From a virus, in IMG/VR virus record IMGVR_UViG_3300021963_000084, positions 18,460 through 82,459 of that record: a stretch of DNA of 64,000 nucleotides; one strand, 5' to 3'. Both the position numbers and the translations under genes were made by a program. Of this stretch, positions 34,601-43,900 are shown piece after piece. The notes beneath the pieces are model-generated. The model was not told the origin of the DNA. It did not search any database and saw only the letters and a program-made list of their open reading frames with translations. Numbering within the stretch: position 1 is the first letter of the stretch; each line of letters opens with the position of its first letter.

Positions 34601-34675
34601 ATTAATATTTCTGGTCAGTCTACAGATCAAAGAGTTGAGTTTGTTCCTGCAAGAATCTTCGGAACAATAATTTAA
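25610..34675 (+). CDS. Giant tandem-repeat protein, 3021 aa, Ser/Gly/Thr/Tyr-rich, probable virion component
   Basis: About 17 units of ~130-135 aa with triple (D/N)YG motifs, then shorter GSGSLF/ETQLFRVSG repeats. Confidence 0.8.
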   Translation: MTAYTYNATSNEGMGVSSSGSAAPTIVYSYTTATEDLVVYNDYLSVSQVHNVSIDFGSIVSPGDVAFDYKYITPDFNDQNKVKTYGGSSNVLATKVFNGEGLIKVGEYVPPVFIWIGSGTLFEMGGDITRMVAPGITGPPIVSSTTRIYTGSGSVEYNINSSKSRNYTYDFGVSFDDTSFITRNYGLLESPHSTAFDYGSIDSFSSLAYEDYRYIDYIPVFGKLSIQGFANPLSKVFTETSSGTLFEVGSVTESILYQEQSDTNTSLFRVFGSATIDKNLLPTIRSYTGFANLFNIGTKTESATYNYNSSSIVGYAEIDYQSITTSGTTSNYGSIIDEVSNQYDYGSIVNVGIAKPYGSAFVTGFIVNKNTKTFVGSGDISNINGSAQAVSYNTPEETLLFNISGGYSSAYLVKTYIASGDVKTVISSENRNTYNYDINAVSLYNSQDFGAITASGTTANYGSVAVGSSAEKNYGYVIDNDFVYPFGTLTLSGNFSPKLRNSFFGSGGASVYGDATVVFAEPTPQVYKDTETALFNVFGAATTVFQRGAIYSGSGSLFNIGGSTSSRTWSYTFGSIVEFESENYGFITASGTTVNYGLVSVDSDAESDYGYVFNRQTEYPYRGLTTLQGQSTTIFNLGPSVIGSGSLFAINGAADTSAFVGNVFDSTDLFRVTGDAIALRSPKYDASGAYKALSGSTNTTTYSYNFSATQSYTEGDYGSITASGTTINYGLVSEGSSVGFDYGYVIDNKILKSPFGSIFISGAFSNLKLTDAYAGSGTINVSGNAALVFVEPSPQIYVDKDPVLFFVTGNANVEFYRRPSFIGTGRISTLNGSASSRVFTYSEQSINPYSTTNYGFITASGTTVNYGLIINSSDSEFTYGFVVERGIQYPYGTLQLSSESTSAKTKTAVGEGSFFTIKGSAESTTFVDKSVESTELFTLSGASTNNVAFKEFGSGSIKTILGTSDSATYHYNTSSVNLFNTTDFGSITASGTTVNYGLISVGSDAESDYGYVFDTISIYPFGPLNVRGNATTDLDTAPSYVGSGSLFILRGSADTLVPAIKTDTETSLFTIYGDAAVVSRTAYVGSGSVLNIGIGGESASYNYNQSSTYADGFAQTYTTEDFGLITASGITENYGSITVGSSAELDYGTLVIGSVVVPYGNLTISGGISNFKRAFGFSGSGSINSSGAAGVVFAEPTPQVYVDKEIALFRVYGDATTALNRRPIYVGSGSLFSISESISSVTYNYSFTSIEEFNTLNLGTITTSGTTTNYGSITTGSTGDIDYGYVIIRETEFPYRGRVDISGSATVQFNRIPSYEGSGTLFETGGSALIFSLFGKKVLESTDLYNVYGNAKTHFVPSYNTSGSFATINAPQDSASYSYNTSSILGYGTLNLGTITTSGTTANYGSVTQGSSAEFDYGYLIDTDVVYPFGTLNVYGSSPSIRILGVSIPATGSLFAIGGEADSRAITVETDTETTNLFNVYGEANVQVASAYDQFSSISFGSFFGTGYIEERATYHYNTSSKNLFSQFDYQSVSTSPSITADYGLIINETNSELNYGYINQNQSLYAFGPFTIGGSVTSSFLPTLNFKGSGRIDIYGACDLVVILTAKKEPESTDLYEVSGSANVAVIKPVPQEKGYITLLSGAAESVTYIYNETVVNEFSGIDYGTITASGTTIDYGSVTIPSSSGIDYGSVVFTTTTYPYGSFSYSGSAAAVFNLGPIYIGSGSLLATGGAAETVLFAAETTDLFKVSGSANAPFIKSYVGDGSLFNIGEKIEAATFAYNTYSVSEFVSQDYQSVSSVAGIANNYDSIDDEPALALSYGLITDVTTLYPFGTFNVSGSAAVVAYQVYTQIGTGSLFATGGSAETRLFAEVSTDLFKVSGSANAPFSRPYTGTGSLFKIGDKIEAVTYSYNGSSEIPFNNFDYGLVTAFGITENYGSITNNSAVAEDYGSITLIDPIKPYGAIRFNGSSGVVFAPTPYQGSGTLFAAGGEADAKVIIASTETQLFTISGAASNVQRGFGYFATGSLFNIGSLEEKVAYSYNTSSSTKFENLDYQFIDNSPTITDDYGYINNAAGDIDDYGNIGITSQQTPFGILNLSGGSAEVFKPILAWNGSGNINIRGEVLVGFTLSGKFSPESTDLFTIFGTAESSRPFVAVTGGSLFTVGDRVERASYSYNTSSIVAYDTRDYQFITASGITIDYGNILGTQTNIENYGYIVNLEYAYPFGKFRILGGEDESIIRRRAFAGSGSLFAIGGEGDAYSRIAVTETQLFNISGSAIEKNTERYIGTGSLFSYNGLVESVAVSPDEETTGLFRISGAAIEKNTERYIGSGDAITIQTAIFPEYLYYRPVPRYVNSVYGPIGGEFSISGAISQRATNSYVGTGSIFAGGTAVEVFQKAYVGSGVEFVSGTSKERFMPVHIGTGSLFSIGGISEATTKVVPSETQLFKVSGAAVETHTEVYIGTGTEFVSGDSTTSKSNIHIGSGSLFTFNSGTESVAVVATTTILYNISGQATEAFGRATYEGSGSLFTQNGIAESRTYIAPTETCLFRVSSATTESVTSANVGSGTEFVSGISINSFIPRYFGSGSLFAVGGEGNAYARIASTETQLFNVTGSAEASRTNLYVGSGSLFAINSGTESAAVVPLTTGLYNINGQATESRTQTQIGSGSLFAVGGASVVFSDVATTETQLFRISGAATEAHTEFYSGSGSEFISGTAAERYLPTIIGTGSLFAFNSATESSTVSIPTETQLFRVSGSADIRESNTYVAFGTEFISGSLTENSRKSYVGSGSLFTINSATESTSIAVQAETQLFRVSGSALEKDSASYVGSGSVTLAAGAAEIKTSVPTIETQLFRVSGFATERHTESYVGTGTEFVYGGVQDSSTAIYVGTGTLRTVSGAAESTTISIPNETQLFRVSGFATTAYNAVFTNIGSGQETISGSATEKNAENYVGKGSLFTFNSASIASTIIIPIQTNLFRISGRGADSYTRISVFEGGQINISGQSTDQRVEFVPARIFGTII
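25700..32330 (+). repeat. Intragenic tandem repeat, ~400-nt period
   Basis: ITASGTT.NYG-like motif near 26578, 26963, 27368, 27767, 28178, 28568, 28982, 29390, 29792, 30611, 31388, 32180. Exact 35-nt duplicate at 29372-29406 and 29774-29808. Confidence 0.85.
32330..34640 (+). repeat. Intragenic short repeats (~40-60 aa units built from ~20-aa elements)
   Basis: Recurrent GSGSLF, (T)ETQLFRVSG, G.EFVSG; DNA GAAACTCAACTCTTCAGA-like copies. Confidence 0.8.
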
Positions 34676-34682
34676 AATATTT

Positions 34683-34690
34683 TATAAATA
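34683..34690 (+). promoter_or_regulatory. Late promoter TATAAATA
   Basis: Exact consensus upstream of 34715. Confidence 0.85.
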
Positions 34691-34714
34691 AAGTAGCAAC
34701 TATTCAACCGCCAG

Positions 34715-34903
34715 ATGACAACACAAGTACAATTCCGTAGAGGAACAACGGCACAACACGCCACGTTTACTGGTGCTCAAGGAGAGATTACAGTAGATAC
34801 CGACAAAAAAACAGCAATTGTACATGATGGTTCAACAGCTGGCGGAATTGAATTAGCCAGAGCGGATGGAGCGATTGCTTATTCCATCATTTTTGGATTG
34901 TGA
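34715..34903 (+). CDS. Stand-alone Mtd-N/hyaluronidase-N-like fibre anchor domain protein, 62 aa
   Basis: QVQFRRGTTAQH..FTGA.GEITVDTDK....HDG.T.GG motif; ends in hydrophobic AIAYSIIFGL. Confidence 0.75.
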   Translation: MTTQVQFRRGTTAQHATFTGAQGEITVDTDKKTAIVHDGSTAGGIELARADGAIAYSIIFGL

Positions 34904-34955
34904 TTTTAGATATATAGTTATAAAGTAAAAACAGCCCTCGCAGGAAATTTAAGAA

Positions 34956-37900
34956 ATGGCAAAGCAGTTATCTTATTACTACACTTTTACACCAGGCACA
35001 AACACTGTTGTAGTGAGTGGTAATGTTAACAGGAAAAGACTGTTACTGATTACCAACACCACAAGAAATGTAATCATTTATAATATGACCCAGCCATCGC
35101 TGGGTGCATCATCAATTACATATAATGATGCAACAAATGAAACTACAGTTGTACTTACATACAATTGTGGTGCTGCTGGAATGCTTTCCACAGACGTTCT
35201 TCAGATTTTCTCTGAACAAGACGCTGTAACATTCCAACCTGCAGATTGGTTAGTTGACCCTGTTAGCAAATTGCGTGTATCGCAACCTAACACTTTGATT
35301 GATACAGACTTTGAATATGGTCTTCAGTCAACCAAGTGGGAATCTCTGGAAAGAGTAAACAACATTCCAAGTTTCTATTCTTCCACAAACGACACTCCAC
35401 TTAGCAACATTACGAGTGTAACTACAAATGGCGGCAAGGAAGTTACGGTAACTACTTCTTCTGCTCACGGTCTGACCACTGGTACTCCAATTGATATTCG
35501 TGGTCTGAACTCAATCACTGCCGAGGGCACATATCTTATCCGTAAGACAACTGATTATCAATTCACCTTTGAGGTATCTGCTGTTCAGGGTGGTACTCCT
35601 TCTATACCTATTTCAATTTTAACACCTTATACTAATGTAATTGTTGGTCGTTTCTATGTCAACTCTTCACTGAATCTTGACAATAGCACAACAAACGAAG
35701 ATGGTCCTATTGCAACTGATTCTGTATCACCATCTAGTACATTAACCGCAACAACTTCGTATGACCACGGTTTTGTTGCTAATGCACCTTTTTATATCAC
35801 AAACAGCCTTGGTAATACTTCGGTAAACTTTGACCCCGCAGCGTTCTCGATCGGTGGTAATATTGAAGATAGAACTGCTTTCGACTTTGATACAGGTTTC
35901 TTTAACCCATATGAACCAGTACACGATGGTTGCACACTCAGAAGAATTCCTGCAACTCAACTTGATAACCGTTCAACAACCGCTGTAGTAACTGGTTCAA
36001 TTTCTGGTACTACTCTTAACGTTTCTGGTGTAACTTCAGGTACTCTTGTAATTGGACAAACAATTACTGGTGCTGGTGTATCACCAAACACTGTAATTAC
36101 TGCTCTTGGTACTGGGTCAGGTGGAACTGGTAGTTATACTGTTAATATTACTCAAACTGTATCTGCTGGTACTACTTTAACTGCAGCATTCCCAACTTCT
36201 GGTTTTATTACAATTCCTAATCATGGACTTGTAACTGGTGATGCAATTTGCTACATCGGTACAACTGGATCACAAAGTCCTCAAATTGCTGCTGTTACCG
36301 CTGGATACTTCCAGGTTTCTTCAGGTAATATTCCAACATATAATAATGGTCCTACAACGCCTGGTCAGAGCACAGACCTCTCCAGTTGGATGTATGCCGT
36401 TGTAATCGATAAGGATACCATTAGAGTAGCAACCAACCCTAAGGATGCTTATGATAGAACTAACCTGATTGTATTCACATCTTTTGGTGATTCTCCTAAC
36501 AATGATCTGTTCTTTGGTCTGATGGCTAAGAGAGGATTTGAAATTCAATCTTCAATCCTAAACGTTCAAACTATTGCTGGTTCTTCTGAAGTAAAAGTAA
36601 ATCTTGTTTCTGGTGCAACTTGCAGAAGTGTTGGCATTTACCCAGAAATGCAGGTAACACTTTCCGACACTGGCGTAAGTGCTATGGATGGTGTTTATGT
36701 AGTCAAGGAAAACCCAGTTACTGTAAACTTTGCAAATGAGATTTTCCAAGAGAATGACACTCATTTCATTATGGAAGGTCCTACAAATGCATCCGCAGCA
36801 CTTGTAACTCAGGCAGCTACTGCTACCTACACCTTATCAGCAACTGCTGCTGCAACTAATGTATTCCTGACACAAAATCTTCTTGAGAGAACTGTAACAC
36901 CAGCAAGCATCGTAACTGTTTCTGGTTCTACTGTAACAATTAGCGGTGTATCTAATCTTGGTGATGGTGCATCTCCTTATAGAGTTGGATCCACTGTAAG
37001 ATTTACAGCTCTCGGTGGTGTAATCACTGGTGCTACTGCGTATACTGATTATTATATCACTGCAGCAACTGCTATTGTTAATGGTGTATCGACACTGACA
37101 CTTTCTTCAACTCATCCAACAGTTGCTAACACAGCACTGACTCTTGCAACTACTGCAACAACTATTGCTACTTGCACGGGTTCGATTTCAGGTACTACTC
37201 TGACTGTAAGCGTAGCTCCAACTGGTGGTACTTTACAAATTGGTCAAGTAATTACTGGAACTGGTATTGCTCCTGGTACTACAATTGTAGGTTTTGGTAC
37301 TGGTAATGGTAGCAACACTGGTACTTACTATGTAAGTATTTCGCAAACAGTATCTTCTACTTCAATTACTGCATCAGTATTCTTGAAAGTTTACACTAGT
37401 GGTATTCGTACTCAGATTCACGCTGGTGCGCTTTCTTGGATGAACCACACCAGAATGTCGATACATGATTGGGGTTCAATCACTGCTAAGATGTTTACTC
37501 GTGAGTGCATCTCAAACAGTGGTTCGCAAATTTTCCTCAAGAATCACGGTCTGTTAAATGGTCAACCTCTGATGTATGTCGGTGGTGGTAACGGTTGGGC
37601 AATTAATAGTGGTACTCCATTCTTCTTCCAAGAATCTGCAAACCAGTCACCAATATACTTCGTTGAAACAGTTGACCGTGATAATATCAGAATTTGGACT
37701 TCTGAACCTGATGGTGTTGTAGGTGCTTATGGTGGTTATACAAATAACGCATCTTCAATTTCTGGTAACCAGCAAGTTACTCTGAGTCCAACAGGTTCAC
37801 CAAGCGTTCTGCCTGTAACTCACGCTGGTGGTGTATATCAACTGCACCCTGGATTTGTAGTTGCAAACTTCACTTCAGTTGCCAATACTCAAGGTCAAGG

Positions 37901-40900
37901 TAGAGATAAGGCTGTCGGTCTGTTCCAGAGAGTCCCTGCTTGGATGACTGAGAATGCTCCTGTCATTATCAAGACTAACGTAGGTGCTTCACTGCCCGTA
38001 TCTGATACAAGACAAGTTCCTGGTGGTTGGCCTTCAACTGGTCCAGCAATTTTCCAATCAACACCAAGTACTTGGGGTACTTCTGCTGCAAACAATACTG
38101 TTCAGTTTGCTAAGTACTTCGCAAGAGGTATTCAGGAAAACTATTCAGGTGAAACAACCTTCACTGGTACTATTGCAGGAACCACTCTTACAGTAACTGC
38201 AGTTCCCGTAAACTCAGTAATTCCAATTCAAGTTGGAATGGAACTGACTGGAACTGGAGTATCTGCTGGCACCGTAATCATTGCTGGTCCTACTGCAGGT
38301 GGAACTGGTACTTATACAGTTAATATTACTCAATCAGTAAGCAGCACCACAATTAGAGGTGTAACTAGAGCAGAATATACTCAGTCAGGTAGAGCAGAAT
38401 TTGCATTCTCGATTGCTCCTAATGGACAACCAATCAACTTTATTACTACAAGTGCTGTTCCTGGAACTTCAACTGCAACTGCTCCAGCAAGATTCTTCTG
38501 CACAAGAGTTGTAGATAATCCTTATGCTAACACATTCTTCCTGCCATTCCACGGTGGTACTGTAGGTAGAAGAACAACATATGTAACTGGTGCGTTCAAT
38601 ACTTCAACACCAGTAGGATCACAAGAAACAGAATCAATTCTTCCTATTGCAACTGGATTCCCAAGACCTGCATTTGATTACATCACCGACCGTAACAACA
38701 TTAGATGGCCAAGAACAAACCTTGTTCTGAACCACGGTGCTGCTCAAGGTACTACAACATTTACTGGTTTCGATTTCAATGGTACTGATTACGCTAACGT
38801 TGTTTCTAACAACACTCGTTATCAAATGGTTCCTCTGACAAATGATATCTTCAGAATTGCACAGGTAGGTACAAGACTACCAACAGGTTCACCTACAATT
38901 CAATTCACACTGAACCAGTCACAAACTCAGAGACAGAACCTTCAAACCGTTGCTAACGTAGGTACAAGAGCTACTAACGCTGCTGGTGGTCCTTTCGGTG
39001 TAACACAAGTCAAGTTCTTGACTTCAGCGACAACAAGAATTCCTAATGCTAATGCAAACAGAATTATTGTTCCTATTCAAAGACTGACATTCCTTGAGAA
39101 TGACCTTGTAAGATATGATACAAATGGTGGTTCCGAAGTTAATAGCTTGTTTGGTGGTCTGAACGGTCTTCAGAATGGTAGCGTTTATTCGATTAAAAAC
39201 GTTTCTCTCAAAACACCTATCGGAACTGGTCTTTCCACAAGCAGAAACTTCAGTTCAACTGCAACTGTATTAGAGTTTGATACTGCAAATACTGCAATTT
39301 ACACTGCTTCGATTGCAGGAAATGTAATGACAGTAACTGCTGTTTCTACTGGTGTACTCCAAGTTGGTGAATTAGTTACGGGAACTGGTGTTGCTGCTAA
39401 TACAATTATTACAGCATTTGGTACTGGAACTGGTGGTATCGGAACATACTCTGTATCTGGTCCAGCACAAACAGTATCATCAACCACAATGCAAGGTGTA
39501 TCCTCAGTAAGAGTTGAAGAAGGAGATATTCTTCAAATTGGTTCTCCTGATGGTGCTGCTGAGCAAGTTCTTGTAGGAGCTGCTGCAAGATTTACTGGTA
39601 GTATTTCAGGCACAACTCTCACAGTTTCTGGAGTAACAAGTGGCACTCTTGCTCTGAATCAAACACTGACTGGAACTGGCGTAACTCCTGGAACAGCAAT
39701 TGTTGCATTTGGTTCAGGTAGTGGTGGTGCTGGTACTTATACTGTTAATATTTCACAAACAGTTACTGCTGGAACTGTAATGGCTGCTTCAAGTGGAAGC
39801 AATTCAATTACAGTAACAAGAGGATTTGCTGGCACAACACCTCAGGCAATTCCAGAGGCTGCTCCAATCTTTAAAATTTTTGGTTCATTCCAACTATATT
39901 CACAGAACTTGCTGACACCAAGAAACTTCACTATTCTTGCTGCTTCGGTCAATGCAACAACCTTTATCTTTACCCAAACTGACCATAGACTGAATACTGG
40001 TGACCCAATCGTATACATCAGTGGTGGTGCTACTGATCCATTCACAGGTGCTGGACTTGCTGCAAACACTATTGTATTTGCAATCGTAATTGATGCAAAC
40101 ACATTCAGAATTGCACCTACTAAGGAAGCTGCATATTCAGACTTCTTCATAACAACCACTTCAACGAATACCAACTTCCTCACAGTTGTTGATACAATTC
40201 CTCTGAAGTCGTTCGTTAACCAGTCTGACTTTGACCACAAACTTCTCAACGTTTCTTCAACTGGTTCGATTGATGGTCCTTATACTGCTCAATCTGTAAC
40301 TTCAAGAACTCTGAGACTGAAGCCAACTAATAATTCTGCACTGACCATTAACCCAAGAGAACTGGTATTCAACCCAGCAAAAACAGTTAACCTGAAGACT
40401 GGTCAGTTCTACTATGGTGGTCACGGTTTCTCGCAAGGAACGAGAGTTATTTACTCCAGAAACGGAAACCGTTTTGAGATTGGTAGACAGAAGCAACTGG
40501 TATTTGAGATTTCTCAAATTAACAGAACAAACAATGTTGCTACAATTACATTTACTGCACCTCATGGTTTAACTGTTGGTCAAACTTATCAGGCACAATA
40601 CCTCAATGTAACGACTGCTGGACAAGATAGTTTTGATATTACAAATGCTCCTGTATTTGCAGTATCAGCAACTCAAGTTTCTTATGCGACTGGTCAAAAT
40701 GGGCAATCAGCAGTTTCTACACAATCTGGTACTGGAACAATGGCGCTGTGGGGCACACAACACCCAATGCAAGGATTTAATTGCCTATATGATATCGACC
40801 TTTCAACTGTTACTGCTCCTGTAGGAAATGGCACTACTGTAACCTACACCATTGCACATAACACAGTTCAAGAACCATTTGCTGTTGGCGATACTGTAAA

Positions 40901-43900
40901 CGTAACTGGTGTTCTGGTTGGAGGTAGCACCAATAATGGTTACAATGGTACATTCAAGGTTGTGTCTTCAACTTCAACCACTATCACAGTAACCAATAAT
41001 ACTACTGGCGGTTCTCCATCTGTTCCTGCAACTGGTTGTTCAATCAGAGGTGTTTATTTCGTAGTTCGTGAAAGTTTCGATATCTTCCGTCTCGCTAGAA
41101 CAAAAGCTCTGGCACACGCTGGCGTAGGTATTCAAAACTTCTCTTGCCAAGGTTCCAACTTTGTTGCTCCAGTTCAGTTTGCAATTAGCAATATTTCACG
41201 TTCAGCAAACGTTGCTACTGTAACAACAGCTGCTGCTCACAATCTTGTAGTTAATCAAACATATAATGCTTCTATCATTGAGATTACAACTGCTGGTTTC
41301 TTATCATTCGCAGCAAGCAACGTATACATTACTGTCACTGGTGCTAATACATTTACATATGCTAACGCTGGTACGAACGTAGGTTCAACTGCTGTTACTG
41401 GAACTCTGACAATTTCAGGTATTAATGAAGTTGGTCATAAACTGATTTCGTTCCAGGTAAGTGGTGAAACTCTGGGTAATGGTACTGCTACCGTTATCGC
41501 AAGAGACGCTATCCTGACTGACCCAACAACACTTGCAAACAGTGTAAGACCAGCGACCGATAGAATCTCTTTCGGTATAGTGAGTCACGGTTTCGTAACG
41601 GGTGACCGTATTACCTACCGTATTTGGGGTAATGGTTCTGTAATCCTTGGTCTGACTGATGGTGCTAATTATTTTATTAACAACACTGTCAACCCTAACA
41701 CGACTGGTCCTCTCTCAAGAGGTGGTGTTGAATCTGGACAAACTGCAACACAATTCTCACTTCACAATACTTGGGTAGGTGCTTATACCAACACTGATAT
41801 TGTTGATATTCTTGGTGGTGGTACTGGTGCTCTGCATCAGTTTAAGGTTTCCAACCCAACTCTGAGAGGCACTACATTCAAGGGTGAATGGTCATCTGGA
41901 GATAACTATGCTTACGGTGATGTTGTCACATATCGTGGCGAATACTTTATGTCAGTCAGCGGTGCTACTGCTCCTGGGCAAACAACATTTGTTGCTAACA
42001 CTGGTAGAACTCCTGTAGAAACTAGTGGTGCATATAACAACGCTTGGCAGCAGGTTCCTAACCTTCCTGCATACTCATCAAGATTCCTTGCACAGTATAA
42101 GGGTGGCGATACAGTTCTTCTGTCGAATACTGTTCCAACGAGAACTGTTCCTTTTGCTGCTAGTGTTACTACACCTTCACAAACAACTGGTGTATTCTCT
42201 GTTGCTAACCACAGACTTGCTACGGGTGATGGCGTAATTTACCGTACTAATAACCTCGGCGGTCAAAACTCCAACGGTTCATCACTGCAGAGCATTTATG
42301 CATCAGGTATTCCACAAAGACCACAAGCTGGTAACAGCGTAGTCTGGAATAACGATAAAATTCTTGCTGACAACATCTATTATGTAAACGTTCTCGATGA
42401 GAGCAACTTCACGCTGCACTTATCACTTGCTGGAGCACTTTCAGGTAACTCTTTCGTCGGCAACATTAACCAACCAACTGGTTTTGCGATTACCAACTTC
42501 ACAAGAGCTCAAATCAATAACATCTGGACTAACACTATTACTGCTACCTCTCACGGTCTCGTAGTTGGTGCAAGATATCTGGGTTCTGTTGATTGTGCAA
42601 CTGGTCCTGCTGACCCATCAACTTTTGACGCATACAACGTAGTTCTGACTGTAACTGATGCTAACACACTGACATATCCAAGTACAACCTCGGGTGCTGT
42701 CGGTTCAATTGCTGGTACTGGTACTCTGAGACTTATCGACGCAACTGATTTGGTAATTCCTGGTTCAGCATTCACTGGAACTGGTGTTCATAGACTTGAG
42801 AAACTTGAAGGTGTTGTTTATCAACCAACTGTTATCTCGGTTAACAGCGATAACGAAATGGTTATCACTGACCCACTGCCTTCCAGACAGATTGTATTCA
42901 ACCCACAAGGTTCATTCGTAAATCAGGCTGGTACAACTCAACCAATTGTTAACCTTGTAACTGGTGACATTTATCTGCCCAATCACGGTATTACTACTGG
43001 TACTAAACTGTACTATTCATCTGGTTTCCAGATTGGTACAAGACTTGGTAATACTCCTGTCGCTGCTGGTATTTACTTTGCAATTAAGATTAACGATGAT
43101 ATTATTAGACTTGGTGCAAGCACGACTGCTGATGCTGCAAACGCATTAGCAAACCTGTCTGCTGCTCTTCGTGGTCAAGCATTTGTTCCATCATCAACAG
43201 GTTCTGGTTTCAACCACTACCTCATCGTTGCTGCTCCTGCTGGTTCTACCAACATTCGTTATAACACAAGTGGTGATTTAATCAATGATACAACTGGCGC
43301 TGCAGCTGCTAACATTGGACCCGCAAACTCCAACTACTACAGCAACCAAGTTTCTGCTAACCTTCGTGACGGTGTACTTCAGGGTGTTAACTTCCTGTAT
43401 CCAACTCAAGTTTATACCAGAGCAAACTGTGTTAACGTTCATAGACCATTTGACGGTGGTGTAGAACTTCAGGCTGCTAAGGCACCTCAAGTTATGATTA
43501 CCAGACAGACACGTAAGTACTTCCGTTATCAGTCTGGTAAGGGTCTCCAGTATTCAACTGGTATCAACTTCAGTCCATCACTGGATGTTTCATACATCAC
43601 GCACGATGGTTCTACCTATGCAACTATTGTAACCAGAAAGGCACATAACCTTGTTGCTGGTAACAGAATTATGGTAGAGAACGTTGAAGTAACTTCAGGT
43701 GTAGCAACTCCATACACAAATCCATCAAACAATCTGTACTTCACAGTATTTGATGTAATTGACGAGTTTACCTTCCGTTATGCAACAAACGGAGTACCTG
43801 CAGACCTCGCTCCTTCAGGATTCCCAGATCTGTTTGTATACGAATGGTCTGGTGCTTCTGTTCGTGCTGGTATGTTTGATGACCAAAATGGTATGTACTT

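Noticed and set aside
25700-34640. CRISPR-like or non-coding repeat array
   Set aside because: Repeats are in-frame, degenerate at synonymous sites and lie in a continuous ORF, with no constant repeat/unique spacer pattern.
33564-34670. 368-aa alternate-frame ORF overlapping the 3021-aa gene (and many similar L/V/Q-rich alternate-frame ORFs)
   Set aside because: Its LVLV/QQ composition is the shifted reading of GSG/AT repeats. Stops are scarce because of the main gene's codon usage. I found no SD or slippery site.
34901-34956. Stop readthrough fusing the 62-aa ORF to the giant
   Set aside because: TGA is followed by an in-frame TAG two codons later, the genes are in different frames, and the giant has its own SD.
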